A DNA stretch of 64,000 nt from Verrucomicrobiota bacterium (GTDB lineage: Bacteria; Verrucomicrobiota; Verrucomicrobiia; Limisphaerales; SXQI01), in NCBI GenBank assembly GCA_033762115.1, contig JANRLX010000019.1, positions 14,375 to 78,374 of the forward strand, given 5' to 3'. Shown here piece after piece: positions 29,735 to 41,391 of the stretch. The translations under genes and the position numbers were made by a program. Position 1 is the stretch's first letter. Every line of letters begins with the position of its first letter. The notes under the pieces are model-generated. The model ran no database searches. It was not told the DNA's origin and saw only the letters and a list, made by a program, of their open reading frames with translations.

Positions 29735-31009
29735 ATGGCCCAATTTTCTTACAAAGCGCGTCGCCGGTCTGGTGAAGTGGTTCAGGGGCTGCTGGAAGTG
29801 CCGGATCGTTCGGCGGCATTGCTGCAAATTGAGCGGCTTGGCCTCCTTCCTGTCGCCCTCGAAGCAGCCAAGGGGAGTGCCCTTGCAAAGGCGGAGAAAG
29901 CCGCCGCTCGTTCGGAGACTGCCGCAGGAGTCCTCCCACCTGCCCTGCGGGAATTGCTGACCCGTAAACGAAAGCCCAAATTACAGGAACTGGCGACCTT
30001 CACCCAACAGCTTTCCAATTTGCTCAAGGCCGGGATGCCCTTGACCGTGGCGCTCAACAGCATGACCCATCTTGGCAGCAAGGGGATTCCCATCGAGGTC
30101 AGCAAAAATTTAAAACAGGATGTCATGGAAGGCCGGAGCCTTTCCGATGCCATGGCCAAGCAGCCAATCATATTTTCAGACCTTTACGTGAACATGGTGC
30201 GCGCCGGGGAGCAAAGCGGCGCCCTCGTTGAGGTGCTGCAACGACTTTCCAGCCATTTCGAGCGGTTTGCGGAGGTGCAGTCCAAGTTCATGTCCGCCTT
30301 AATTTATCCCGCTGTCGTGGCTTGCGTGGGAGTGGTCATTATTTTCTTTTTCATGACCGTGATGATGCCGAAATTCATGTCCATCTTTGAAGGAATGAAA
30401 GTCGGTTTGCCTGCCTCGACCCAGATGCTGATGGATGCCAGCAACTTCTTCAAAAATTACTGGTGGGCAATGATCATCGTCGTCCTGACAATCATTGTCA
30501 TGATGAAGCGGTATGCCAGCACCCCCGCCGGAAAGAGGAACATCGATAGTTGGAAAATGCGGGCACCGGTGATTGGAAAAGTGATGAAACTGAACCTTTA
30601 CGGCCAGTTCGCCCGAACCCTCGGGGTGCTCCTCCAGAATGGGGTCCCGGTGCTCACCGCCTTGAAAATCACCGAGCAGATCATCCCCAACATCATCATC
30701 AAGGAAGCGATTGCGACCACCCGTGACGCGGTGACGGACGGAAAAACCCTGGCGCAACCATTGGCCCGGAGCGGGGTGTTCCCTCAATTGATGATCGACC
30801 TCATCCGCATCGGTGAGGAAACCGGCGATGTTCCCGGTGCCTTGAACAACGTGGCTTCCACTTACGAAAACGAACTGAACATCGGCCTGCGGGTGCTCAC
30901 AAACCTGATCGAGCCAGCCATGATCATCGTGATGGCAATTGGAGTCGGCTTTCTCCTCTTCAGCGTGCTTTCAGCGATGTTTGCCATCACTTCGAACATT
31001 GGCGTTTAA
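29735..31009 (+). CDS. Type II secretion system F / PilC family inner-membrane platform
   Basis: FTQQLSNLLKAG.PL, MVRAGEQSG, ALIYP, IGEETG, LIEP. Confidence 0.93.
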   Translation: MAQFSYKARRRSGEVVQGLLEVPDRSAALLQIERLGLLPVALEAAKGSALAKAEKAAARSETAAGVLPPALRELLTRKRKPKLQELATFTQQLSNLLKAGMPLTVALNSMTHLGSKGIPIEVSKNLKQDVMEGRSLSDAMAKQPIIFSDLYVNMVRAGEQSGALVEVLQRLSSHFERFAEVQSKFMSALIYPAVVACVGVVIIFFFMTVMMPKFMSIFEGMKVGLPASTQMLMDASNFFKNYWWAMIIVVLTIIVMMKRYASTPAGKRNIDSWKMRAPVIGKVMKLNLYGQFARTLGVLLQNGVPVLTALKITEQIIPNIIIKEAIATTRDAVTDGKTLAQPLARSGVFPQLMIDLIRIGEETGDVPGALNNVASTYENELNIGLRVLTNLIEPAMIIVMAIGVGFLLFSVLSAMFAITSNIGV

Positions 31010-31014
31010 TTTCT

Positions 31015-31578
31015 GTGAACCTGGAATCACCATCCGTCATTCGCTGCCCGGCCTGGGGATTTACCCTGGTGGAAGTAATGATCGTGGTTGCGTTGCTTGG
31101 AATCGTCCTGGCCACTGGCCTGCCAGGCATCGGCCGGATGTTGAGCAAGGATCAATTGACCACCGCCGTGCGGGACACGGTGGAAGGTTGCAAGCTTGCC
31201 CGTGACCGCGCCATTCTCCAGGGGAAACGCTACCAGTTTGTTGTCCGCCAATCCGGCGAACTTTTTATCCAGGAAGCTCCTGAGGTCACTGTCGCCTTGT
31301 CCGAAGGACAAAGCCTCGAATCAATGGAAGAAAAACCGGTGGCCGAGACCTCTTCCGGCACATTGATGAGCGGCTTTCCACGAAAACTTGGGGAGGATGT
31401 CGCGATCCAGTTGATTGATGTCAATTTTATCGACCACATGGAACGGCCCGAAGCCAGGGTTACATTTTATCCGAACGGCACCAGCGACGAGTTTACTGTT
31501 GTTTATGCAGGTAAAGGGGGGCAGCGGCAAGTCACTGTGGATATCATCACCGGCATCGCGGATGAGGTGACACAATGA
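31015..31578 (+). CDS. GspH-like minor pseudopilin
   Basis: GFTLVEVMIVV prepilin motif; FYPNGTS. Confidence 0.8.
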   Translation: MNLESPSVIRCPAWGFTLVEVMIVVALLGIVLATGLPGIGRMLSKDQLTTAVRDTVEGCKLARDRAILQGKRYQFVVRQSGELFIQEAPEVTVALSEGQSLESMEEKPVAETSSGTLMSGFPRKLGEDVAIQLIDVNFIDHMERPEARVTFYPNGTSDEFTVVYAGKGGQRQVTVDIITGIADEVTQ

Positions 31579-32000
31579 TTTTCCAGCTACAGAATCGGAA
31601 ACAGCAAAGCGCCTTCACCCTGTTGGAAGTGGCGATTGCCATGGGAATTTTTTTTACCGCCATCTTCGCCATCCTCGACCTCACCTCGCAAAGCATCCGG
31701 GCGGCAAGGAATCTTCAGCCCACGGTGATTGACGCCACCACGCTCGCTGCTGAATTGTCGATTACCAACCGCCTGACAGAAGGGCCGATCCCAATCGAGA
31801 TCGTCCGCAATTTCGAGCTCATGCACCCTGGCTTCACCTGTTCAGGAAATATCACGGAACGCGCCACCAATGGATTGTTCCAGGTCGACTTCCTGATTAC
31901 AGGGGTTAACGCAAATCAAAAAGCAATCGAGTCCCAGGCCAGCATTTTGCTTTTTCGGCCCTTGTCCCAGCCATCGCAAATGGGAGGGCTTCGACGATGA
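31575..32000 (+). CDS. GspI-like minor pseudopilin
   Basis: AFTLLEVAIAM prepilin motif; gene order. Confidence 0.8.
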   Translation: MIFQLQNRKQQSAFTLLEVAIAMGIFFTAIFAILDLTSQSIRAARNLQPTVIDATTLAAELSITNRLTEGPIPIEIVRNFELMHPGFTCSGNITERATNGLFQVDFLITGVNANQKAIESQASILLFRPLSQPSQMGGLRR

Positions 32001-32881
32001 AAATCAGCCGTGCCCGTTCCTGTGCTGCCTTCACTATTATCGAGATCATGGTGGCGATCGGGATTTTCAGCATGGTCATCGCCGCGATCTATTCCAGCTG
32101 GACCGCCATTTTACGTGGCTCCCGCAGCGGGTTGAGTGCAGCGGCTGACGTGCAACGCACGCGGGTAGCCCTTCGCGCATTGGAGGAGGCGCTTGGGTCC
32201 GCCATTCTCTATGCCGACAATTCAAAATATTACAGCTTCTTTGCGGATACTTCCGGCGAAACCGCCGCCTTGAGTTTTGTGGCGCGCCTCCCGGCTTCCT
32301 TTCCCGGCAGCGGATTGTTTCAGGGACAATCGTTGCGGAGGGTTTCATTTTACGTGGAGAATGGGCAGTTCATGCTCGCGCAATCACCAGTGCTGGAAGC
32401 GACCGAACTTTTGGGAAAACCGTACACGATTGTGCTAAGCACAAACACGCGGGTGTTTGCCGCGGAATTTTACGACATTCGCACCAATGATTGGTCTGCC
32501 GAATGGCTCTACACCAATCAGGTTCCCAAACTGATGCGGGTGGCAGTGGGATTTGGGTCGGCCCAGGCCACGGCACAACAAGTCGCCAGCCAGACAACCA
32601 TGCGAACAATTGAGATCGCCGGGACCGCCATCAGCCGCGCAGGAGCAGGACAGGCACAACGAACAGCGGGCGGAACACGCGGGGGCGCACGCAACCGCCG
32701 CAGCAATATGCAGGGGCAGGATTACCAGCCGGGTGGGTTGGATGATCCCGGTGCCATCGGTTCAGGCCAGGGCTGGAACACTCCCATGCCTTCCGGACTA
32801 CAGCAGGGTTTCGGGAGAAATCGCGAACGCGGAAATGCTCCGCGTTCCCGCAATTCCGTTTTCCCAGGGGGCAATCGATGA
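31997..32881 (+). CDS. GspJ-like minor pseudopilin with low-complexity C-terminal tail
   Basis: AFTIIEIMVAI prepilin motif; gene order; G/R/Q-rich tail. Confidence 0.8.
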   Translation: MKISRARSCAAFTIIEIMVAIGIFSMVIAAIYSSWTAILRGSRSGLSAAADVQRTRVALRALEEALGSAILYADNSKYYSFFADTSGETAALSFVARLPASFPGSGLFQGQSLRRVSFYVENGQFMLAQSPVLEATELLGKPYTIVLSTNTRVFAAEFYDIRTNDWSAEWLYTNQVPKLMRVAVGFGSAQATAQQVASQTTMRTIEIAGTAISRAGAGQAQRTAGGTRGGARNRRSNMQGQDYQPGGLDDPGAIGSGQGWNTPMPSGLQQGFGRNRERGNAPRSRNSVFPGGNR

Positions 32882-33981
32882 AAATCCTCCACCGCTCAGG
32901 CAGGGATGGCATTGCCTTGATCATCGTCATGATCGTGATCGTGGTACTGGGCATTCTCGCCGGTGGATTTGCCTATTCCATGAAGGTGGAAACCAAGCTT
33001 GCCCGCAACAGCACATATGAAGCGGACCTGGAATTGTTGGGCCGTTCTGGAGTGGAGTTTGCAAAATACATTCTTGGCCAGCAACTCGCCATCCCACAGG
33101 AAGGCGCTTACACCGCCCTGAACCAGGTCTGGGCAGGTGGCTACAGCACCAACGAGCTGCTCTCATGGATCACCCTGGAAGATAATGAACTCGGGATAGG
33201 CAAATTCTCTCTCAAGATGATCGATATGGAGCGCAGATACAACCTCGTTGCCGTCAGCGAGGCCAATATCTATCCACTGCAACAGGCGCTGGACTTGATC
33301 GGTGTGGAGCAGGCGGACATTTCGACAATTGTCGATTCCTACCTCGATTGGATTGATCCCGATGAGAATCCGCGCGTCATGGGTGCGGAAAGTTCGGATT
33401 ACCTCGCCCTGGACCCCCGCACTCCCTACTATTCCAAAAATGGCGCGATCGATGATTTGAGCGAACTGCTCCTGATTCGCGGCATCACCCCGGAAATTTA
33501 TTATGGCTCGGCCCGGACCGGTTTGGCCAATGCCGAGGAGCAGCCGCGCCGAGGCACTTCCGCATTCCTGCAAGGGAGTTTGCAGAGCGGGCCCATTTCA
33601 GTGGGATTGGTCGATCTGTTCACCCCCATTTCCGGCGCAGGCACAGGTATCAACATCAACACCGCCACCCTCGAGGCATTGCAACTGGTGCCGGGAATCG
33701 ACGCCGGCCTCGCTCAGGGGATCATCGACACGCGTAACGGCACGGACAACGTGGATGGCACAGAGGATGACACTCCATTCCTGAATGTGGGAGAGCTGAT
33801 CAATGTGCCGGGCATGGCTCCTGAAATTATCAGCTCCGTCCAGGGGGCATTTGTTGTCCAGAGCGTGATTTTTGAAGTGACCGTCCGCGCCCAGATCGGT
33901 GATGTGGTGCGGGAATTCACTGCCCTCGTGCAACGCCGGAACAGGCAGGACATCACCACCCTTTATTTCCATTGGAAATAA
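32878..33981 (+). CDS. Type II secretion GspK-like pseudopilin
   Basis: GIALIIVMIV, DWIDPD, ELLLIRGIT, ININTA..L..VPGI. Confidence 0.88.
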   Translation: MKILHRSGRDGIALIIVMIVIVVLGILAGGFAYSMKVETKLARNSTYEADLELLGRSGVEFAKYILGQQLAIPQEGAYTALNQVWAGGYSTNELLSWITLEDNELGIGKFSLKMIDMERRYNLVAVSEANIYPLQQALDLIGVEQADISTIVDSYLDWIDPDENPRVMGAESSDYLALDPRTPYYSKNGAIDDLSELLLIRGITPEIYYGSARTGLANAEEQPRRGTSAFLQGSLQSGPISVGLVDLFTPISGAGTGININTATLEALQLVPGIDAGLAQGIIDTRNGTDNVDGTEDDTPFLNVGELINVPGMAPEIISSVQGAFVVQSVIFEVTVRAQIGDVVREFTALVQRRNRQDITTLYFHWK

Positions 33982-34067
33982 GTCGGCACCCGCTGTGAAT
34001 AAGTTTCGTTGAATCGACCGGCTCTCTCCTTGCCTTGCCTTCTTCTGGATCGCACCATTTCACCAAA

Positions 34068-37000
34068 ATGATGTCGCATGCCGAGTTTGTTCATCTCCAT
34101 CTCCATACGGAATATTCCCTGCTCGATGGGGCCTGCCGTCTGGACAAGCTGATGGATCGTGCTCATGCCTTGAAATTTCCTTCACTGGCCATTACCGACC
34201 ACGGGGTCCTTTACGGCGCCATTGATTTTTACCAGGCCGCGCGCAACAAAGGAATCAAGCCCATTATCGGCTGCGAAGTTTATGTCGCTCCCGGAAGCCG
34301 CCTGGAAAAAAAGAGCAGCAGCGGCGGCAAGGACGTTTATAATCACCTCGTGCTCCTGGCAAAGGATGAGCAGGGTTATCGCAACCTGACCAAGCTCGTT
34401 TCTGACGCCCATTTGCGCGGCTATTATTACAAGCCGCGCATCGACAAGGAAATCCTCACCCGGCACAAGGAAGGATTGATCGCGCTCTCCGGTTGTCTTG
34501 CCAGCGAAATTCCAGACGCGATCCAGCGGGACGATCTGCAAAAAGCCCGTGATTCAATCGATTGGTTCAAGCAGACCTTCGGTCCTGAAAATTTTTACCT
34601 GGAGTTGCAGAACCATACGATTGCGGAGCAGGCCAAGGTGAACCGCCATCTGATCCCCTGGGCACGGGAGTTCGGTTTGAAACTGGTTGCCACCAACGAT
34701 GTTCATTACGTGGAACGGCAGCATTCCCATGCCCATGACTGCCTCATCTGCATCGGGACACAGACCCAGTTGAGCGACCCGAAACGCATGCGATATGTGC
34801 CGGAACAATTTTATTTGCGTTCGGCGGAGGAAATGAAATCTCTCTTTGCAGAGATTCCGGAAGCAATTCAGAACACGCTTGAAGTCGCCGAAAAATGCAA
34901 TGTCGAGGTCGAGTTCGGCAAGTTGCATTACCCGGTTTTTTCTCCTCCCGAAACTTTCACTCGCGAAGGCTACCTTCGCCTGCTTCTGGCTGAAGGATTA
35001 CGCAAGCGGTTCGGCCTTTCAGTCACGGCTTCCGGGGATGAGTTCCTGATTGAGTCGATTGAGAATGCCTGGAGGTTGCCCACCTACAGGCTTGCGGAGC
35101 AGGAACGCAATCCCGGCGCGGCACGCGAGCCGGTTGCCGATCTCAGCAATCCAGAAGTGGCGGATGCAATCAAGGTCGTGCTGGACCGGTTGCAGATGGA
35201 ACTCAAGGTCATCGAAAAAACCGGTTTTATCAGCTATTTCCTGATCGTCGGCGATTTTGTCCGCTACGGGCGTGAAAAAGGAATTTCCTGTGTGGCCCGT
35301 GGCTCAGCCGCTGGTTCGCTCGTGACTTATCTGCTTGAAATTTCAAACGTTGACCCGATCCGTTACGGCCTGCTTTTCGAACGTTTCCTCAATCCCGAAC
35401 GTGTCAATCCTCCGGATATTGATATCGACTTTGCCGATGACCGCCGTGCTGACGTGATCGAGTACGTGCGTGAAAAGTACGGGCGTGATTCCGTCGCCCA
35501 GATCATCACCTTCGGCACCATGGGCGCAAAGTCGGTCATTCGCGACGTAGGCCGTGTCATGGGGCTCAGTTTCGGGGAGGTGGACCGCCTCGCAAAAATG
35601 GTCCCCAACGATCTCAAGATGGACCTGAAAAGGGCCCTTCAGCAATCACCCGACCTCAAGGCCGCTTACGAAACCGAGGAAGTCACCCGCGAGTTGATGG
35701 ATACCGCCTTTGTCCTCGAGGACATCACCCGCAATGCCTCCGTCCATGCGGCTGGCGTGGTGATTGGTGATCAACCGCTTGATAATCTTCTCCCACTGAA
35801 GCAGGACGATGACGGCGTGATCGTGACGCAGTATGCGATGAATCCAGTCGGTGAATTGGGCCTCCTCAAAATGGATTTTCTCGGGCTCAAAACATTGACC
35901 GTCATCCGAAACACCTGCGAAATGGTCAAACGCACCAAGGGGATCGAAATCCCTATTGATGACCTGCCGCTCGATGACCCGAAAAGTTACGATCTGCTCA
36001 ACAAGGCCAATACCATCGGGGTCTTCCAGTTGGAATCTGGCGGGATGCGTGATCTTTGCCGCAAGTTCCAGATCAGTTCAGTCGAGCATATCACCGCGTT
36101 GATTGCGCTCTATCGTCCCGGCCCGATGGATCTCATTCCCGAATTCATCAAACGCCGCCATGGCGAGGTGAAAATTGAATATCCTCACCCCCTCCTCGAG
36201 CCCATTTGTCGCGAAACCTACGGCATCATGGTTTATCAGGAACAGGTCATGCAGGCTGCACAGGCCCTTGCTGGCTACACCCTTGGCGGCGCGGACCTCC
36301 TTCGCCGTGCCATGGGAAAAAAGAAGGTCGAGGAGATGCAAAAACAGCGGGAAAAATTTGTCTCCGGTGCGGCCAAAGTCAACCAGATCCCTCCAGCCCA
36401 GGCGAACCAGATATTCGACCTCCTCGAAAAATTTGCCGGTTACGGCTTCAATAAGTCCCACGCTGCTGCCTATGCCATCGTTGCCTATCAAACTGCCTAC
36501 CTGAAAGCCAACTACCCCGTCGAGTTCCTCTCCGCCATGTTGACCAACGACATGAACGATACCGGGAAAATGGCCGTTCTGATTGAGGAAGCCCGGGTCT
36601 TTGGCGTGGAAGTGCTTGCTCCCGACATTAATGAGTCCGAAGTAGTGTTTGCTCCCGCCCGCGAGGGAACAGTCATCCGGTTTGGTCTGGCCGCGATCAA
36701 AGGGGTTGGTGAAATTGCCGTTGCCAGTATCCTCAAGGCCCGGACTGAAGGAGGAAAATTCAAATCCCTCGCCGAATTATGCGAGCGGGTCGATGGCCGC
36801 ACGGTTAATCGCAAAGTCCTGGAGGCCTTGATCAAGAGCGGTGCCTGCGATTGCCTGGGGGAAACCCGTGCCACACTCTTTGCGCAGATTGACCGCGCGC
36901 TTTCTCGTGCCGCTTCCCTTGCCCTGGACCGTGAACGGGGGCAACCTTCCCTTTTTGGCGCTGCCGACCCCTCTTCACCCACCGGGCCAGAAGCGCTGGT

Positions 37001-37730
37001 ACGTCTCCCGGAATGGCCCCAAAGCGAACTGCTTGCTGCGGAAAAGGAACTGCTCGGTTTTTATGTCACGGGACATCCCCTCACTCCTCACCTTCCCATT
37101 CTGAAAAAATATGCCCTGGCCACCACGGCCACTGCCGCGCAGTTGCCGAATCGCACCATTACCCGGATTGGTGGGCTTGTGGCCGCTGTCCAGCAGGGGA
37201 TTTCCAAAAAATCCAACAAACCATACGCCATGCTGACGCTGGAGGATTTGGAAGGCACCGTCCAAATCCTTTGCATGAATGAAAATTTCGATAAATACCG
37301 GGAACTGTTTGTTCCCGGCACCCCCATCCTTGTCATTGGCGAAGTCCTGAACGGGGAAGAAAAGCCAAAAATTTTTCCCCAGGAACTCATGTTGCTGGAT
37401 GAAGCGCCCAAAAAATTTACCAGGCAGGTCCACTTTCGCCTCCACACCGCACACCTGACCCCTGACTCACTCGAGGCCGTTCGGGATGTCGCCCTGGCAA
37501 ATCCCGGCAAATGCCCTCTTTTCCTTTGCTTCCGCACCCCCACCGGCCCGGTCATTTTTGTTGAGACCCATGAACGTTATTCCGTGACACCTACCCGGCA
37601 ACTGGCTGAAACAATCGATCAACTCTTTGGCGAGGAAACCTATTACGCCAAGGTGGACACCTCCCTGCCGGAACGAGCCATGAAACCGTGGGAAAGAAAG
37701 AGTAATAATGGCTCTGCCAGCGAGGATTAG
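34068..37730 (+). CDS. dnaE: DNA polymerase III alpha subunit
   Basis: [18 protein letters not shown] domain, [31 protein letters not shown]. Confidence 0.97.
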   Translation: MMSHAEFVHLHLHTEYSLLDGACRLDKLMDRAHALKFPSLAITDHGVLYGAIDFYQAARNKGIKPIIGCEVYVAPGSRLEKKSSSGGKDVYNHLVLLAKDEQGYRNLTKLVSDAHLRGYYYKPRIDKEILTRHKEGLIALSGCLASEIPDAIQRDDLQKARDSIDWFKQTFGPENFYLELQNHTIAEQAKVNRHLIPWAREFGLKLVATNDVHYVERQHSHAHDCLICIGTQTQLSDPKRMRYVPEQFYLRSAEEMKSLFAEIPEAIQNTLEVAEKCNVEVEFGKLHYPVFSPPETFTREGYLRLLLAEGLRKRFGLSVTASGDEFLIESIENAWRLPTYRLAEQERNPGAAREPVADLSNPEVADAIKVVLDRLQMELKVIEKTGFISYFLIVGDFVRYGREKGISCVARGSAAGSLVTYLLEISNVDPIRYGLLFERFLNPERVNPPDIDIDFADDRRADVIEYVREKYGRDSVAQIITFGTMGAKSVIRDVGRVMGLSFGEVDRLAKMVPNDLKMDLKRALQQSPDLKAAYETEEVTRELMDTAFVLEDITRNASVHAAGVVIGDQPLDNLLPLKQDDDGVIVTQYAMNPVGELGLLKMDFLGLKTLTVIRNTCEMVKRTKGIEIPIDDLPLDDPKSYDLLNKANTIGVFQLESGGMRDLCRKFQISSVEHITALIALYRPGPMDLIPEFIKRRHGEVKIEYPHPLLEPICRETYGIMVYQEQVMQAAQALAGYTLGGADLLRRAMGKKKVEEMQKQREKFVSGAAKVNQIPPAQANQIFDLLEKFAGYGFNKSHAAAYAIVAYQTAYLKANYPVEFLSAMLTNDMNDTGKMAVLIEEARVFGVEVLAPDINESEVVFAPAREGTVIRFGLAAIKGVGEIAVASILKARTEGGKFKSLAELCERVDGRTVNRKVLEALIKSGACDCLGETRATLFAQIDRALSRAASLALDRERGQPSLFGAADPSSPTGPEALVRLPEWPQSELLAAEKELLGFYVTGHPLTPHLPILKKYALATTATAAQLPNRTITRIGGLVAAVQQGISKKSNKPYAMLTLEDLEGTVQILCMNENFDKYRELFVPGTPILVIGEVLNGEEKPKIFPQELMLLDEAPKKFTRQVHFRLHTAHLTPDSLEAVRDVALANPGKCPLFLCFRTPTGPVIFVETHERYSVTPTRQLAETIDQLFGEETYYAKVDTSLPERAMKPWERKSNNGSASED

Positions 37731-37894
37731 CCAGATGAGCTAATTTGTCTCTCACAAAACCGGGCTTTGACTTCCCAAATTTTTTTGGACAAGTTCTGGC
37801 TCTTGAACGACAGATTGGCGATTACAGGACAACTGTCCTTATCGCGGGTGAACGCCTCACCCGCCTTGCATTCGCTGACTTAAAATGATTGATC

Positions 37895-40435
37895 ATGGGA
37901 AAAGCGCTGATTATTGCTGAAAAACCGTCCGTGGCCAGTGACATTGCCAAAGCGCTCGGCGGCTTCACCAAACACGATGAATATTTTGAGAGTGATCGTT
38001 ACGTCCTTTCCTCCGCCGTCGGTCATTTGCTCGAAATTTGTGCCCCGGAGAATTATGAGGTCAAACGAGGTAAGTGGAGTTTTGCCAATCTCCCGGTCAT
38101 CCCTCCTGAATTTGCCCTTCGCCCCATCGAAAAATCGGAACCGCGCCTCAAAGTTCTTCTCAAACTTTTGAAGCGCAAAGACATCGATAGCCTGATCAAT
38201 GCCTGCGACGCTGGCCGCGAAGGGGAACTGATCTTTCGCTACATTGTTCAGCACGCCAAAACGGACAAACCGATCCAGCGGCTCTGGCTTCAATCCATGA
38301 CCCCGGCAGCCATTCGTGAAGGCTTTGCCTCGTTACGCGACGGCAAATCGCTCCAGCCGCTGGCCGATGCTGCCGTTTGCAGGTCTGAATCCGACTGGCT
38401 TGTCGGGATCAATGGCACCCGCGCCATGACCGCCTTCAATTCCAAATCCGGCGGTTTCCAGTTAACCACCGTTGGCCGTGTACAAACCCCCACTCTCGCA
38501 ATCATGGTCGAGCGGGAGGAAAAAATTAAGGGGTTCGTCTCAAAAGACTACTGGGAAGTGCATGGGACGTTCCTGGTTGGCGCCGGCAATTATATCGGGC
38601 GCTGGTTCGATGAAAAATTTGTCCGCAAGGAGGGTGAAAGCGATCTGAAGGCGGAACGGATCTGGTCCCGCGAGCAGGCGGAAGGGATTCGCGCCAAATG
38701 CCTTGGCAAACCAGGCATTGTCACCGAGGAAAGCAAACCTTCCACCCAGCTTTCCCCGCTCTTGTTTGATCTTACCAGCCTCCAGCGCGAGGCGAACTCA
38801 CGTTTCGGTTACCCCGCCCGCCGCACTCTGCAGATCGCCCAGGCCCTTTATGAACGGCATAAAGTCCTCACCTATCCCCGTACCGACTCGCGGGCCTTGC
38901 CTGAGGATTATGTGCAGACTGCCAAAGATGTCCTCGGCAGCCTCCAGCAGGCTGGCACGGGATTGGGTCAATTCGCAGGGCAGGTCCTCAGTGAAGGTTG
39001 GGTGCGCCCCAACAAACGTATTTTCAACAACGCCAAGGTCAGCGACCACTTTGCCATCATCCCCACAACCCTCGCGCCAAAAAATTTGGAAGGGGATGAA
39101 GCCAAACTGTATGATTTCGTTGCCCGCCGTTTTTTGGCTGTGTTCTACCCCGCTGCGGAATTTCAAATCACCTCCCGCATCACCCGCGTCGAAAACGAAC
39201 CGTTCAAAAGCGAAGGCAAAATTTTGGTGAACCCCGGCTGGATGGTCGTTTACGGTCGTGAAACCGAAACCGAGGACAGTCCGAACCTCGCCCCGGTCCA
39301 GCCGAACGAAAACGCCACGACCGAGTCCGTCGATGTCCACTCCCTCCAGACCAAACCTCCAGCCCGTTTCTCTGAAGCGACGCTCCTCAGCGCGATGGAA
39401 GGTGCAGGCAAATTGGTGGAAGATGAGGAATTGCGCGAAGCCATGAGCGCCAAGGGCCTCGGCACCCCCGCCACCCGTGCTGCCATTATCGAAGGACTGA
39501 TCCACGAACAGTACATCCAGCGAAATGGCCGCGAACTTCAGGCCACCGCCAAAGGTATTTCCCTCATCACCTTGTTGCGGGGACTTGGAATTCCGGAACT
39601 CTGCTCACCGGAGCTGACCGGGAACTGGGAATTCAAACTCAAGCAGATGGAACGGGGCGAACTGCCTCGGCCTGAGTTCATGAAGCAAATCGCCGAAATG
39701 ACCCGGCAGATCGTCGACAAAACCAAACAGTACGAAAGTGATACTGTCCCGGGAAATTTTGCCACCCTGCAAAGTCGCTGCCCCAAATGCGGCGCCGTCA
39801 TGAAGGAGACTTACAAAAAATATCAATGCACCACCTGCGATTTCTCCCTTTGGAAAATCGTCGCCGGCCGCCAGTTCGAAGTCCCGGAAATCGAGCAGCT
39901 TCTCACCGAACGCAAGCTCGGCCCCCTGCAAGGTTTTAAAAGCAAGCTCGGTCGTCCCTTCGCCGCCATTGTCAAACTGACACCGGAATTGAAAGCCGAA
40001 TTCGATTTTGGCCAAAACGAAAACAACGCGGACGGCACCGCTCAGGAAGTTGATTTCTCCGGCCAGGAACCGCTCGGGCCATGCCCCAAATGCGGCGGCA
40101 ATGTTTATGAAAGCGGGATGAATTACATCTGCGAGAAAGCTGTCGGCAAGGGGAAAAAATGCGACTTCCGCACCGGTAAAATCATTCTCCAGCGGAACAT
40201 CGAGCCGGAACAGGTTCGCAAACTCCTCGCCAATAAACGGACTGACCTCCTGCAAAAATTTATTTCCAAAAAAGGCCGTCCATTCTCCGCTTTTCTGGTC
40301 GTCGGTGACGGCGGAAAAATCGGCTTTGAGTTTGCCCCCCGCGTGGCCAGGGACACTAAAACTGCTGCTGGCAAACGAAAAGCAAAACCGGCCGAACCTG
40401 TTGCTGAGTCACCAGCTGAACAAGAACAGCCCTGA
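37895..40435 (+). CDS. topB: DNA topoisomerase III (type IA)
   Basis: LIIAEKPSVA, ACDAGREGE, GRVQTPTL, LTYPRTDS, Cys-containing C-terminal repeats. Confidence 0.9.
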   Translation: MGKALIIAEKPSVASDIAKALGGFTKHDEYFESDRYVLSSAVGHLLEICAPENYEVKRGKWSFANLPVIPPEFALRPIEKSEPRLKVLLKLLKRKDIDSLINACDAGREGELIFRYIVQHAKTDKPIQRLWLQSMTPAAIREGFASLRDGKSLQPLADAAVCRSESDWLVGINGTRAMTAFNSKSGGFQLTTVGRVQTPTLAIMVEREEKIKGFVSKDYWEVHGTFLVGAGNYIGRWFDEKFVRKEGESDLKAERIWSREQAEGIRAKCLGKPGIVTEESKPSTQLSPLLFDLTSLQREANSRFGYPARRTLQIAQALYERHKVLTYPRTDSRALPEDYVQTAKDVLGSLQQAGTGLGQFAGQVLSEGWVRPNKRIFNNAKVSDHFAIIPTTLAPKNLEGDEAKLYDFVARRFLAVFYPAAEFQITSRITRVENEPFKSEGKILVNPGWMVVYGRETETEDSPNLAPVQPNENATTESVDVHSLQTKPPARFSEATLLSAMEGAGKLVEDEELREAMSAKGLGTPATRAAIIEGLIHEQYIQRNGRELQATAKGISLITLLRGLGIPELCSPELTGNWEFKLKQMERGELPRPEFMKQIAEMTRQIVDKTKQYESDTVPGNFATLQSRCPKCGAVMKETYKKYQCTTCDFSLWKIVAGRQFEVPEIEQLLTERKLGPLQGFKSKLGRPFAAIVKLTPELKAEFDFGQNENNADGTAQEVDFSGQEPLGPCPKCGGNVYESGMNYICEKAVGKGKKCDFRTGKIILQRNIEPEQVRKLLANKRTDLLQKFISKKGRPFSAFLVVGDGGKIGFEFAPRVARDTKTAAGKRKAKPAEPVAESPAEQEQP

Positions 40436-41391
40436 TGACCCAATCCCCCCAGGCAGAAATCCTGGACCGCGCTGCTCTCGACTTTTTGCTTCATTTGCAA
40501 ACGGACCGTGCCGCTTCCCTTTACACCCTTCGCAATTATCGGCAGGCCCTTTCTGAATTTGTCCGCTGGCACCTGGCCGAACGCCACTCCAGCCCCTCCT
40601 GGGCTACCCTCGGCCGCGATGATTTTCGCGCCTACCTCCGTTTTCTGGGTCGTGGCAACCTTGGTCGCGCCGCTGTCCGCCTTCGCTTTTCCGCCCTCCG
40701 CACATTTTATAAATTCCTGGTGGTTCGGGGAATGGTCGAGAGTTCCCCCATCAAAAACATTCTATTGCCCAAACTGGAAAAAAGGCTCCCCCGTTTTTTA
40801 AGCCCGGAGCAAATGATCGAGCTGCTTCGCGCACCGTTGCGGGAGCACGCTGCCCAATCTGCCGCACAGGAACAACCGGTCCCGATCTTCCCTTTTTTGC
40901 GCGACACCGCCGTGCTCGAAACCATCTATTCCTGCGGGTTGCGAATCAGTGAATTATGCGGGATGCGCTTGGAGGACATCCAGGCTGATGAACAAACAAT
41001 TCGCGTTCGTGGCAAAGGAAAAAAGGAGCGGCTTGTTCCCATTGGCGCACCAGCCCTCGAAGCGATCCGGCTGTTTCGCAGCAGGACCGACCTTCCTTCG
41101 GAGGGAACCACTCCGGTTTTTCCAGCCCACCCCAGCGGAACGAATCCGCTTCAACCCCGTACGCTTCAGGCCAATCTCAAAAAATATCTCCAGGCTGCCG
41201 GTCTTGATCCTGAATTGACTCCGCACAAACTCCGCCACAGTTACGCAACCCACCTGCTTGATTCCGGCGCGGACCTGCGAAGTGTGCAGGAATTGCTCGG
41301 GCATGCTCATCTCGCCACAACCCAGGTTTATACCCACGTCAGCACGGAACGTCTCAGGCAGGCCTACGAAAAAGCCCACCCCCGCGCCTGA
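40435..41391 (+). CDS. xerC: Tyrosine recombinase XerC/XerD family
   Basis: GLRISEL, GKGKKER, HKLRHSYATHLL, LGH, TQVY; TGATG-coupled to topB. Confidence 0.85.
   Translation: MTQSPQAEILDRAALDFLLHLQTDRAASLYTLRNYRQALSEFVRWHLAERHSSPSWATLGRDDFRAYLRFLGRGNLGRAAVRLRFSALRTFYKFLVVRGMVESSPIKNILLPKLEKRLPRFLSPEQMIELLRAPLREHAAQSAAQEQPVPIFPFLRDTAVLETIYSCGLRISELCGMRLEDIQADEQTIRVRGKGKKERLVPIGAPALEAIRLFRSRTDLPSEGTTPVFPAHPSGTNPLQPRTLQANLKKYLQAAGLDPELTPHKLRHSYATHLLDSGADLRSVQELLGHAHLATTQVYTHVSTERLRQAYEKAHPRA

Noticed and set aside
35010..35185. Intein in dnaE
   Set aside because: The insertion is too short and lacks Cys/Ser start and His-Asn end motifs.
40435..41391. Tyrosine recombinase as the integrase of the capsid module
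   Set aside because: It is XerC-like in size and motifs, translationally coupled to topB, and separated from the module by three host genes; no att-like repeat links them.
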